The notes beneath the pieces were generated by a model that worked only from the letters and a program-made list of their open reading frames with translations, did no database searches and had not been told where the DNA came from. Below are positions 21,242-29,840 of a stretch of DNA of 64,000 nt, piece after piece (positions within the stretch are counted from its first letter, which is position 1; every line of letters starts with the position of its first letter). Source of the DNA: an uncultured Alphaproteobacteria bacterium (GTDB taxonomy: Bacteria > Pseudomonadota > Alphaproteobacteria > RF32 > CAG-239); NCBI GenBank assembly GCA_944393685.1, contig CALYAW010000003.1:46133-110132 (forward strand), read 5' to 3'. Made by a program: the position numbers and the translations under genes.

Positions 21242-22523
21242 CAGTTTGTCCTAGTATTTTTTCTAAAATTTCAGGGTAACGGCATTGACGACGGTTTACA
21301 CCGGTAATAAGACGGCGACGTTTAAGGCACTCTGTCGCAGAACAATGTTGTGCATCCGGACAGTGTGAGCGAATGAGCGCTGTTTCCAAGGTATCCATAT
21401 AAGGACCTTGAAAATTGCGGATGCCATATGAAATTCCCCAGCGTAACGCCTTTTCATCTGTACATTTTGCAAGAATAATACGATTACTGCCAAAGCGATT
21501 GATGATGTCATGGAGTTCTTGATTGTTGGTGTCAAATTCCATCATGGGATTCCAGAAAATCTTTATTAAATCTGGTTCTAGTCTGTTTATATCTATTAAA
21601 GAGAGTGTTTCGGGAATTAACCCGTCTATTAAAATTTGATGGCCTTGTTTGTGTAATTTTTCTTTGGCTTCAAAATAACTCTCCAGTTTGTTAAAAATAT
21701 CCATCATTTGCACTTCTGCAATTATTTGCGGATGATTGACAGGGCCGTCGGTTAGGAATGTGTCAAATTCCGGAGTAAATATTGAAGATAAATGCATATT
21801 TAAGCTGATGCATTGAGGCCAATTTTTTATGTCTGCTGCTTGAAAAGATGCTATCGTTTTTTTATCAAGAGCTTGTGTCAGATATAAAAACAACCATTTA
21901 TTGGCGGTGATATCCATATTCTTATCATATTGCGCGCTGAGATCTTTGACCGCTACAAAAAATTCTTGAAACATGACGCGAAATTGGTTGGCGTTTTCAA
22001 GACGGATAATACTTTGATGCTTAATTAATTCCGGAACATTTATAGCATCAAGGTGAGCAAGTACGCCTTCCATTTGTGAGGCTTCTATCGGGTATTTGAG
22101 GTTTGAAAAATCAGGAAGGCTCGCATTATTTAGCTGCTCTTGTATGTATTCGTACAATGTATAAAAATCATTCGGGAAATTGTATAAATGCGCAAATTCT
22201 GAAATATTGGCATTGAACAAAATAGGGTCAGAAGCCAGACCTTTGCGCAATTTATCCACCGCATTAGAAACAATGTTCTCGGTAATATTTTTGCCCAAAA
22301 TAACAAAGTCACCGCTGTTTAGAATATACATCATTCCCTCTGCTGCGCCAACCAAATCATCAAATAGCTTGGCAATAATTTTGATGAATGAGGGATGGCG
22401 ATTTTTGGGCTTGAGTTTGGACAGACTTACGTATAGCGCTGAATAGGCGGAGTGGCTGCGAGCAATCCGGTCTAGCGTATCGAGCAGGTTTTTTTCGGCA
22501 ACAAATCTGTTGGCTTGTGACAT
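21231..22523 (-). CDS. Hypothetical protein, paralog B (degenerate EAL-like C-terminus plus Cys-rich tail)
   Basis: It aligns with paralog A, for example YSALYVSLSKLKPKN against YDAIYISVSKLENKN and ILIDGLIPETLSLIDINRLEPDLIKI against ICIDGISVDKLKYLNRTNLNCDLMKI. I place the start at the ATG at 22523 (MSQANRF) by alignment with the paralog. The longer ORF reaching 22724 would overlap the divergent ferredoxin start. Confidence 0.55.
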   Translation of the reverse strand: MSQANRFVAEKNLLDTLDRIARSHSAYSALYVSLSKLKPKNRHPSFIKIIAKLFDDLVGAAEGMMYILNSGDFVILGKNITENIVSNAVDKLRKGLASDPILFNANISEFAHLYNFPNDFYTLYEYIQEQLNNASLPDFSNLKYPIEASQMEGVLAHLDAINVPELIKHQSIIRLENANQFRVMFQEFFVAVKDLSAQYDKNMDITANKWLFLYLTQALDKKTIASFQAADIKNWPQCISLNMHLSSIFTPEFDTFLTDGPVNHPQIIAEVQMMDIFNKLESYFEAKEKLHKQGHQILIDGLIPETLSLIDINRLEPDLIKIFWNPMMEFDTNNQELHDIINRFGSNRIILAKCTDEKALRWGISYGIRNFQGPYMDTLETALIRSHCPDAQHCSATECLKRRRLITGVNRRQCRYPEILEKILGQTDGQ

Positions 22524-22638
22524 CTGATCCTCATGATTGACATTTTGCTTTCTATCATAATCCCGCTTTGTATTTATATCAAGAAAATTACCATTGTTTT
22601 CCTCGCTAAAAATAAGTTTTAATTTTTGACTATTTCTG

Positions 22639-22667
22639 TTGCGTTTTGGGGAGCTTGTCGATATAAT
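22639..22667 (+). promoter_or_regulatory. Candidate sigma70-type promoter of the hydrogenase operon
   Basis: TTGCGT, a 17-nt spacer, then TATAAT. A GGAGG ribosome-binding site lies 7 nt upstream of the ATG at 22699. Confidence 0.35.
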
Positions 22668-22698
22668 TTTTGTAAATATTTTTTGAGTTGGAGGAAAA

Positions 22699-22968
22699 AT
22701 GGCTTCGACAATAAAAGTTTGCATGGGTAGCTCATGTTTTGCTCGCGGAAATTCTAAAAATCTTCAGGTGATACAGAGCTTTTTGGAAAGTCACAATCTC
22801 AATGCCGAGGTCGAACTTACGGGGCTGCGTTGTTGTGATTGTTGTTCTAAGGGGCCAAATATTACGATTGACGGAACAGAATATAACAATGTGGAAAGCG
22901 GAATGCTCTATGATATATTAGAGAAGCATTTTTTGAAAACCGGTTCTGAGGATAAAAACAATGTCTAA
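22699..22968 (+). CDS. Thioredoxin-like [2Fe-2S] ferredoxin (NuoE/HndA-like)
   Basis: An 89-aa protein with CMGSSC ... CCDCC (C-x4-C ... C-x3-C). It is the first gene of the operon. Confidence 0.6.
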   Translation: MASTIKVCMGSSCFARGNSKNLQVIQSFLESHNLNAEVELTGLRCCDCCSKGPNITIDGTEYNNVESGMLYDILEKHFLKTGSEDKNNV

Positions 22969-24742
22969 TCGTGATTTTCCGTTATATACCGTCAAAAATG
23001 ATTGTCAGGATTGTTATAAATGTGTGCGCAGGTGTCCTGTTAAGGCAATTAAAATTGAGGATAATTCGGCGATGATTGTGCCGGAATTATGTATTGCCTG
23101 TGGTATTTGTTATGAAGTGTGTCCTGCTAAGGCTAAACAGCCTCGAAATGACTTGTCTCGCGCCAAATATTTGGTTTCCTCTAATCGAGAAATATATGTA
23201 TCTTTGGCGCCATCTTGGGTAACGGAATTTCCTCAATATACTAAAGAACAAATTGTTGCCGCAATCAGACGGCTTGGTATTAAAGGGGTGAGTGAAACTG
23301 CTCTCGGTGCTCAGGAAGTGACAGCCTCAACGGTGGAGCTGTTAAAAGATTGTGTGAATAAAAAAGAGAATCGGCTGCTGATTTCAACTGCTTGTCCAGC
23401 TGTCGTCGAATATATTGAAAAGTATTTACCGGAATTGACGCCTTGTTTGACGCCGTTGGCTTCTCCTTTATTGGCTCATTGCAGAATTTTAAAAGAAACT
23501 TTCGGGCAAAATATAGAAACGATTTTTATAGGTCCTTGTATCGCTAAAAAATTTGAAGCAGACAGACATCCTGAATTATTGTCTTTAGCTTTGAGTTTTG
23601 AAGATTTGCGCCAATGGTTGAAAGATGAAAATATTAATCCCTCAGAGTTGACGCCAGGTGTTTTCGATGTGTTTTCTCCCTCGGTTGCCAAAGAAGGTTG
23701 TGCTTATCCGATTGAGGGAGGAATGATTGAGACTATTAAACCGCATAATCTATCGGCAGATGTTTATATGGCCCAAATTACCGGAATTTATAGCCTACAG
23801 GAGGAGTTATCTCATATCGATGCCGAACATTTGACCAAACCTACTTTCTTGGAATGTTTGGCTTGTTATGGCGGCTGTGTGTCAGGTCCTTGTACTTCAA
23901 ATAATGGATCTGGATTACAAAAACGTATGGATGTATTAAAAAATTCATGTTTTGATGAAGCTGCTACTCGTACCCCTCAATATAATATTAAGCAAAATTA
24001 TACGGCGCAAAAGGTCGGCGGACTAAACAAAAATTTTGAAGAAAGCGACATACGAAAAGTACTGACCAAAATTGGCAAGTATAGTATTGAAGATGAGCTT
24101 AACTGTGGCGGATGTGGCTATAATACTTGTCGTAATTTTGCTTGCGCTTTGTTGGAAGGAAAAGCTGAACCTGAAATGTGTGTTTCTCATATGAAGCACC
24201 AAGCTCAGCGTAAGGCAAATGCGCTGATTCGTTGTATCCCGTCTCCTATAGTGATTGTTGATGCTAAGCTCAATATTATGGAATATAATGATCAGTTTCG
24301 AGATACTTTTTGGAATGAAGAAGAACATGCCGATATCTATGATTATAATAATTTATATGGTGCTAATCTTCGTGATTTTGTCAGCTTTACCAATTTGTTT
24401 TCGGCTTCTTTGGAGTTGGAGCAGGATATTCATAAAGAGCATGTTCGTCATGAAGACAAAATGTTTGATGTCGTAGTCTTTAATATTGATAAAAAACAAA
24501 GTGTCGGTGGAATTATTGAAGATGTGACCAATGCTGAAATGCATAAAGAAAAAATTGCTGAAAAAGCCAGAGAAGTTATTCATAAAAATTTGGCAACGGT
24601 GCAGCAAATTGCGTGTACACTTGGTGAGCATATGGCTGAAACGGAGGTTTTGCTGCGTTCAATTGCCAAAGATTATGCCACTACGGATAGGGAAAACGAG
24701 GGGATTAAAATTCGTACCAATTCTACCGAAAGGAAATTTTAA
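22961..24742 (+). CDS. Putative sensory [FeFe]-hydrogenase (HydS-like): 2x[4Fe-4S] ferredoxin domain, H-cluster domain, extra Cys4 motif and C-terminal PAS domain
   Basis: N-terminal CxxCxxCxxxCP repeats. H-domain motifs L2 (GPCIAKKFE) and L3 (ECLACYGGCVSGP) are present. L1 reads TACP rather than the canonical TSCCP. Then comes a CGGCGYNTCRNFAC cluster and a PAS-like C-terminus. The gene overlaps the upstream ferredoxin by 8 nt. Confidence 0.65.
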   Translation: MSNRDFPLYTVKNDCQDCYKCVRRCPVKAIKIEDNSAMIVPELCIACGICYEVCPAKAKQPRNDLSRAKYLVSSNREIYVSLAPSWVTEFPQYTKEQIVAAIRRLGIKGVSETALGAQEVTASTVELLKDCVNKKENRLLISTACPAVVEYIEKYLPELTPCLTPLASPLLAHCRILKETFGQNIETIFIGPCIAKKFEADRHPELLSLALSFEDLRQWLKDENINPSELTPGVFDVFSPSVAKEGCAYPIEGGMIETIKPHNLSADVYMAQITGIYSLQEELSHIDAEHLTKPTFLECLACYGGCVSGPCTSNNGSGLQKRMDVLKNSCFDEAATRTPQYNIKQNYTAQKVGGLNKNFEESDIRKVLTKIGKYSIEDELNCGGCGYNTCRNFACALLEGKAEPEMCVSHMKHQAQRKANALIRCIPSPIVIVDAKLNIMEYNDQFRDTFWNEEEHADIYDYNNLYGANLRDFVSFTNLFSASLELEQDIHKEHVRHEDKMFDVVVFNIDKKQSVGGIIEDVTNAEMHKEKIAEKAREVIHKNLATVQQIACTLGEHMAETEVLLRSIAKDYATTDRENEGIKIRTNSTERKF

Positions 24743-24745
24743 TCA

Positions 24746-25921
24746 ATGAGCGATTCTTTATTTATTGAAATTGGCTCTGCTCAGCAACAAAAAAATGGCG
24801 AAGATTGTTTCGGTGATACGGTCTATTCAAAAAAAATTCCCGAAGAAAGACGTATTATTTCTATCTTGTCCGATGGTCTTGGCTCCGGTGTTAAAGCTAA
24901 TATTTTATCTTCAATGACCACGCGGATGGCAATGAAATTTGTAGAAAGCAATATGGAGCTGATGCATTCATCGGAAGTAATGATGGACGCATTACCCGTT
25001 TGTCAAATTCGAAAAATAAGTTATGCAACATTTTCGGTAGTGGATACGCAGCTAGACGGAAAAACCCGCATTTTTGAAATGGACAATCCTCCGTTTATGT
25101 TTATTCGAGATAATAAAGCTGTTAACGTGCGGTATAGAGAAATATATTCCGAAAAGTGGAAAGACAGAACTATTAATATATCACAACTGACCAATCAAGA
25201 AGAAGATCGTATTATTTTAATGTCAGATGGTGTTACTCAGGCGGGAATCGGAAACAAAAATTATCCGCTGGGGTGGCAACGTCAAGGTTGTTTGGATTTT
25301 GTTTTGGAAAAAATTCGTAAGAATCCAACTATTTCTGCAAGTGATTTGGCAAATGCAATTGTTCAAGAAGCCATAAGTAAAGAGCTTAATCATAAGGCCG
25401 GAGACGATATAAGTTGTGTCGTTCTGTATTTTCGAAAGCCAAGAAAATTATTGGTTTTGACTGGACCTCCGTTTGATGAAAAACGAGATGCCGAGTTTGC
25501 GGAATTGGTGTCAAGTTATGATGGTAAAACAGCTATTTGCGGAGGAACAACCGCTAATATTATTGAGCGCGAATTGTGCCTAAAGTGTGAAATAGATAAA
25601 ACATCATTTGATGAGAAAATTCCGATGTGCTCTATTATGGATGGTATAGATTTGGTCACGGAAGGAATTTTAACCTTGACGGAAGTGTATCGTATGTTAA
25701 AAGAAGGCATAGATACCAATAAAAATAACGGAGCTACTCGGTTGGCAAAGTTGCTGTTGGACAGCGATAAGATTGATTTTGTGGTCGGTACTAAAATCAA
25801 TATTGCTCACCAAGATCCTAATTTGCCTATGGAGCTGGAGATAAGACGTAATATCGTCAAAAAAATCTTTAGAATTCTGCAGGATAAATATCTGAAGGAA
25901 ATTAGTGTTAAATACATATAG
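24746..25921 (+). CDS. PP2C-family serine/threonine phosphatase (SpoIIE/RsbU-like) with a roughly 150-aa C-terminal extension of unknown fold
   Basis: An N-terminal PP2C-like core (ILSDGLGSGVKANILSSMTT..., MSDGVTQ, GDDISCVVL) followed by an unassigned C-terminal region. It lies 4 nt after the hydS-like gene. Confidence 0.6.
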   Translation: MSDSLFIEIGSAQQQKNGEDCFGDTVYSKKIPEERRIISILSDGLGSGVKANILSSMTTRMAMKFVESNMELMHSSEVMMDALPVCQIRKISYATFSVVDTQLDGKTRIFEMDNPPFMFIRDNKAVNVRYREIYSEKWKDRTINISQLTNQEEDRIILMSDGVTQAGIGNKNYPLGWQRQGCLDFVLEKIRKNPTISASDLANAIVQEAISKELNHKAGDDISCVVLYFRKPRKLLVLTGPPFDEKRDAEFAELVSSYDGKTAICGGTTANIIERELCLKCEIDKTSFDEKIPMCSIMDGIDLVTEGILTLTEVYRMLKEGIDTNKNNGATRLAKLLLDSDKIDFVVGTKINIAHQDPNLPMELEIRRNIVKKIFRILQDKYLKEISVKYI

Positions 25922-25938
25922 AGAAGGACCTTTAAACA

Positions 25939-26208
25939 ATGGCAAATAAAGTAAAAGTCAGAATCTGCGTCGGCACTTCCTGTTTTGTGATGGGAGCTGC
26001 TCAAATCCAGTCGTTGGAATTTAATGCTCCCGCCGATATTGCCGAGCAAATAGAAATTGTTGAAGAACGTTGCATGAATTTGTGTAAGGATGTCAAAACA
26101 AAATACAATAACGGACCGTTTGTTTTTGTTAATGATGAATTGGTTGAAGAAGCTACCTATGAAAAAGTCGTGAATAAAATTCGCGAAGAAATTAAAAAAA
26201 GCTGTTAA
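25939..26208 (+). CDS. Thioredoxin-like [2Fe-2S] ferredoxin (second copy)
   Basis: An 89-aa protein with CVGTSC ... CMNLC (C-x4-C ... C-x3-C). Confidence 0.6.
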   Translation: MANKVKVRICVGTSCFVMGAAQIQSLEFNAPADIAEQIEIVEERCMNLCKDVKTKYNNGPFVFVNDELVEEATYEKVVNKIREEIKKSC

Positions 26209-26237
26209 TAATAGATAATAAAAAGAGTTTGAAGTAA

Positions 26238-27698
26238 ATGTTGATACCTAAGAATAACGCAAACTTAATGCGTACAAAAATTTTGATTAAATTAGCAGAA
26301 AGTTATTTGCAAGATAAATTTGCACAAGCTGACAGAATTCCTTTGGAACTGCGTCCAAAAGACATGCAGTCTAGTCGGTGTTGCATATATAAAGACAGAG
26401 CCGTTTTGAAGTATCGCTGTATGGCTGGGTTGGGGCATTGTCCTGAAGAAGAACAAGATGAGTTAATAACTTTGAAAGAGTATGGCGAGCAGGCTTTAGA
26501 GAGAAAAGAAGCTCCTAAAAATAAACTGTCGGTGATAGATATTGCTTGTTCGGCTTGTGTTAAGTCTCAATATGTTATTACGGATGTTTGTCGGGGTTGT
26601 TTTGCTCAGCCCTGCCGTTTGAACTGTCCAAAAGAAGCTATTTCAATTATTAAAGGGCGCGCTCATATTGATCCTGACAAATGTGTTAATTGCGGTAAGT
26701 GTTTTGAAGTTTGTCCTTATCATTCGGTAGTTAAAATTCCTGTTCCTTGTGAAGAAGCTTGTCCGGTGGGCGCTATTACAAAAGATGAATCGGGCAAAGA
26801 ACATATTGATACCGAAAAATGTATTTCTTGCGGAAAATGTTTGGCTTCTTGTCCGTTCGGTGCTATCGTCGAGCGGTCGCAAATGATTGATGTTATGCGT
26901 GAGATTAAAGAGACCGATAAACATGTGGTCGCAATGTTGGCTCCGGCAATTTCCGGACAATTTCCTGGTTCCCTTAACGCGTTGGTTGGCGCATTGAAAA
27001 AGTTTGGTTTTTCAGATGTGATTGAGGTTGCTGTCGGTGCTGATATTACCACGCAGAAAGAAGCGGCAGAATTTGTTGAGAGAATGGAAGATGGAAAGCC
27101 TTTTATGACGACTTCTTGTTGTCCTGCTTATTTTCGGGCTGCTCAGGTGCACATTCCGGAGATTAAACCGTTTGTTTCTGATACAAAAACGCCAATGTAT
27201 TATACTGCTGAATTGGTTAAAAAAGAAGCTCCTGATTGTGTGGCTGTTTTTGTCGGTCCATGTTTGGCAAAAAGAGCTGAGGCAGAATGGGATCCAAATG
27301 TTGATTATGTCCTAACTTTTGAAGAATTGGGGGCAATGTTGGTTGCCGCTGGTATTAATGTTGATGAATGTGAAGAAATTCCATTTAATAAAATTTCTCA
27401 TGTCCAAGGAAGACAGTTTCCGGTTACGGGCGGTGTTGCTGGAGCTGTGGCTAGTTTGGTCGGAGATAAGTTTGATATTCGTCCTGAGAAGATTGATGGT
27501 TTGACCAAGGAAAATATTAAACTCTTAAAGCGCTACGCAACCAAAGGTGGTGAAAACAACATGTTGGAAGTGATGTGTTGTGAGGGAGGCTGTGTTTCCG
27601 GTCCGGGATGTATCGCTCTGTCTAAGAAAGCCGCTCGAGCCGTTGATGCATATGCTCAAACCGGCGAGGTGCTTAAAGAAGATACTAAAATAGGTTAG
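26238..27698 (+). CDS. hydA: [FeFe]-hydrogenase catalytic subunit (HydA) with N-terminal Fe-S cluster domains
   Basis: Canonical H-cluster motifs: L1 TSCCP, L2 GPCLAKRAE, L3 EVMCCEGGCVSGPG. Upstream are two CxxCxxCxxxCP ferredoxin motifs and additional Cys clusters. Confidence 0.85.
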   Translation: MLIPKNNANLMRTKILIKLAESYLQDKFAQADRIPLELRPKDMQSSRCCIYKDRAVLKYRCMAGLGHCPEEEQDELITLKEYGEQALERKEAPKNKLSVIDIACSACVKSQYVITDVCRGCFAQPCRLNCPKEAISIIKGRAHIDPDKCVNCGKCFEVCPYHSVVKIPVPCEEACPVGAITKDESGKEHIDTEKCISCGKCLASCPFGAIVERSQMIDVMREIKETDKHVVAMLAPAISGQFPGSLNALVGALKKFGFSDVIEVAVGADITTQKEAAEFVERMEDGKPFMTTSCCPAYFRAAQVHIPEIKPFVSDTKTPMYYTAELVKKEAPDCVAVFVGPCLAKRAEAEWDPNVDYVLTFEELGAMLVAAGINVDECEEIPFNKISHVQGRQFPVTGGVAGAVASLVGDKFDIRPEKIDGLTKENIKLLKRYATKGGENNMLEVMCCEGGCVSGPGCIALSKKAARAVDAYAQTGEVLKEDTKIG

Positions 27699-27702
27699 AG
27701 TT

Positions 27703-27735
27703 TAAGGCCGCAATTTAAAATTGCGGCCTTATTGT
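27703..27735 (+). terminator. Rho-independent terminator ending the hydrogenase operon
   Basis: aaggccgcaatttaaaattgcggcctt followed by attgttt. Confidence 0.6.
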
Positions 27736-27785
27736 TTAAGAAGTTACAGATAAATCACAATAACTTTATTTTAAATGAAAGTTTA

Positions 27786-28787
27786 TTAATAGTTTTTTGT
27801 TGAGTATGTTTTCCAAACCTTCTTCATCAGTGTAGAAAAAGCGTAGTTTTTGAAGTCTTTGGGTGATATGAATTTTCCTTTAGAGAAGTTTGTTGTTGTC
27901 AGTGTATAGATTTTTAATGTTAATTTGAAATGGGTAAAAGTATGGGAGATGTTTAAGCCTGTATCTATGGCATTTTCAAATAAGCATTTTTCGTCCCATG
28001 GAAATTCCCATAGGCCTGATAATAATCCTTTTTCTCTGCGTTTTTCAATCAAAATTTGGCCAATATTGTTTGTTATAATGTAAACATTTCCGCATTTTTC
28101 TTTTTTGTTAATTTTGGGGCGGAGGGGAATGAGGTCTATATCGGTTTGACCGAAAGATTGGCACTTCTTATTCCATGGACAGATTAGACATTGTGGATTT
28201 TGGGGAGTACAAATAAGAGCGCCAAAATCCATGATGGCTGAGGCATAATCGGCAGGGTGTTGCTGTGAGGTTAGGTTTTCTGCAAGTTCGCGTATTTGCT
28301 GCTTGAGAGTATTTATTGGGGAGGTTAGGTGGTATAATCTACAAATAACGCGAATTACATTGCCGTCAATTACGGTTTCCGCTTGATTGAAGCCTAGAGC
28401 TAAAATGCTGGCTGCGGTATAAGGGCCAATTCCTTTTAGGTTCAGAATTTCTTCTTTGGTTTGCGGGATAATACCTTTGTATTCTTTTACTATTTTTTGA
28501 ACTGATGAGTGCAATGATCGGGCTCTGGAATAATAGCCTAAACCTTCCCAATATTGATAAATCTCATCTATATTGGCTGCGGCTAAATCAAAAATAGTCG
28601 GAAAACGTTTTATAAATCTCTCAAAATATGGAATTACGGTTGCTACCGTTGTTTGTTGAAGCATGACCTCTGATATGAGTACAATATATGGGTTCGGGTG
28701 TGCTCCGCCTTTGACCCGCCAGGGAAGATTTCGGCCGTTGCTTTGGTACCATTCAAGGAGAGAGGTTGTTAAAGAGTAATCTGTCAT
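27786..28787 (-). CDS. mutY: A/G-specific adenine DNA glycosylase MutY
   Basis: An HhH-GPD domain (LPWR...VLISEVMLQQT), a 4Fe-4S Cys cluster, and a C-terminal NUDIX-like domain. Confidence 0.9.
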   Translation of the reverse strand: MTDYSLTTSLLEWYQSNGRNLPWRVKGGAHPNPYIVLISEVMLQQTTVATVIPYFERFIKRFPTIFDLAAANIDEIYQYWEGLGYYSRARSLHSSVQKIVKEYKGIIPQTKEEILNLKGIGPYTAASILALGFNQAETVIDGNVIRVICRLYHLTSPINTLKQQIRELAENLTSQQHPADYASAIMDFGALICTPQNPQCLICPWNKKCQSFGQTDIDLIPLRPKINKKEKCGNVYIITNNIGQILIEKRREKGLLSGLWEFPWDEKCLFENAIDTGLNISHTFTHFKLTLKIYTLTTTNFSKGKFISPKDFKNYAFSTLMKKVWKTYSTKNY

Positions 28788-28820
28788 GAAATAAACTAAA
28801 TAAGTTGTTGTTTGTTTTTC

Positions 28821-28862
28821 ACCATACTAAAAAAGACCCTAATGGGTCTTTTTTAGTATGGT
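28821..28862 (-). terminator. Perfect 19-bp inverted repeat (42-nt palindrome) immediately downstream of tRNA-Leu; bidirectional terminator
   Basis: accatactaaaaaagaccc taat gggtcttttttagtatggt. The outer arm overlaps the ACCA 3' end of the tRNA. Confidence 0.6.
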
Positions 28863-28944
28863 GCCCTGGAGAAGACTCGAACTTCCACTGGCTGAGCCAA
28901 CATGCACCTGAAGCATGCGCGTCTACCAATTCCGCCACCAGGGC
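28859..28944 (-). tRNA. tRNA-Leu (anticodon CAG), long variable arm, CCA encoded
   Basis: The reverse complement reads GCCCTGGTGGCGGAATTGGTAGACGC..CATGC TTCAGGT GCATG..long variable arm..GGTTCGAGTCTTCTCCAGGGCACCA. Confidence 0.85.
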
Positions 28945-29008
28945 ATTGGGATTAATTCCTTAGAAATTAACTATTGCAGTGAAACTTTGTATACCTTGTT
29001 TTTTGAGG

Positions 29009-29836
29009 TTAGTCAAGAAACTTATTTAAATATCCGTATGAATCCAAAAGCAATAGTCCACCCAATATAACACGGTATATTACAAAGGGTAAAAATGTCG
29101 ATTTTTTGAGCCACCACATGACAATGTATATGGCGATAATCGAAGCTCCGAAAGAATATGTGATGCCGTCTATCGCCTGAATAATTTCGGTTAGATTATT
29201 GTCTTGGTACATTTCAAAAGCAACTAATGATGCAGCGGCAATAATGGCGGGAATAGATAACAACATTGAGAATTTTGCGGCTTCTCTGCGTTCCATACCC
29301 AAAAAACGTGCCATGGTAACGGTTGCTCCAGAACGGCTCGTGCCAGGTATCAAAGCCAAACATTGAGCACAGCCTATCAGAATGGCATCCAAAGCAGTCA
29401 GATGATCTATTTTGCGGATGGTCATGCCTATTTTGTCTGCAATGAATAGTAATATTCCATAACCTAATATAGTCCAACCAATCAAGTGGGAACTACGTAA
29501 CCAATCCATGCCAATGTTTTTTAAAATGAAGCCAACTATTACAATTGGAATTGTACCAACGGCAATCAACCAAAAAAGGCGCGCTCCCGCAAATTTAAAT
29601 GTGGGAATAAAATAAGTTTTACACAATCCTTTTATAATTTGCCATATATCTTCTGAAAAATATATCATAACAGCAAGAATGGAACCGACATGAACAGCTA
29701 CATCAAGTGCTAATCCTTGATCAGGAAAAGAGGTATATTTTGCAAATAAAATTAAATGTCCGGATGAACTCACCGGCAAAAATTCCGTAATTCCCTGCAA
29801 AACAGAAAGCCAAAAAATTTGTAATGTATTGGTCAC
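29009..29836 (-). CDS. uppP: Undecaprenyl-diphosphatase UppP (BacA)
   Basis: QGITEFLPVSSSGHL and SRSG motifs, polytopic, 275 aa. Confidence 0.9.
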   Translation of the reverse strand: MTNTLQIFWLSVLQGITEFLPVSSSGHLILFAKYTSFPDQGLALDVAVHVGSILAVMIYFSEDIWQIIKGLCKTYFIPTFKFAGARLFWLIAVGTIPIVIVGFILKNIGMDWLRSSHLIGWTILGYGILLFIADKIGMTIRKIDHLTALDAILIGCAQCLALIPGTSRSGATVTMARFLGMERREAAKFSMLLSIPAIIAAASLVAFEMYQDNNLTEIIQAIDGITYSFGASIIAIYIVMWWLKKSTFLPFVIYRVILGGLLLLDSYGYLNKFLD

Positions 29837-29840
29837 GATA

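Noticed and set aside
21231-22724. The long form (497 aa) of EAL-like paralog B, starting at 22724.
   Set aside because: It would overlap the divergent ferredoxin start by 26 nt, and the extra 67 residues have no counterpart in paralog A. The internal ATG at 22523 aligns with the start of paralog A.
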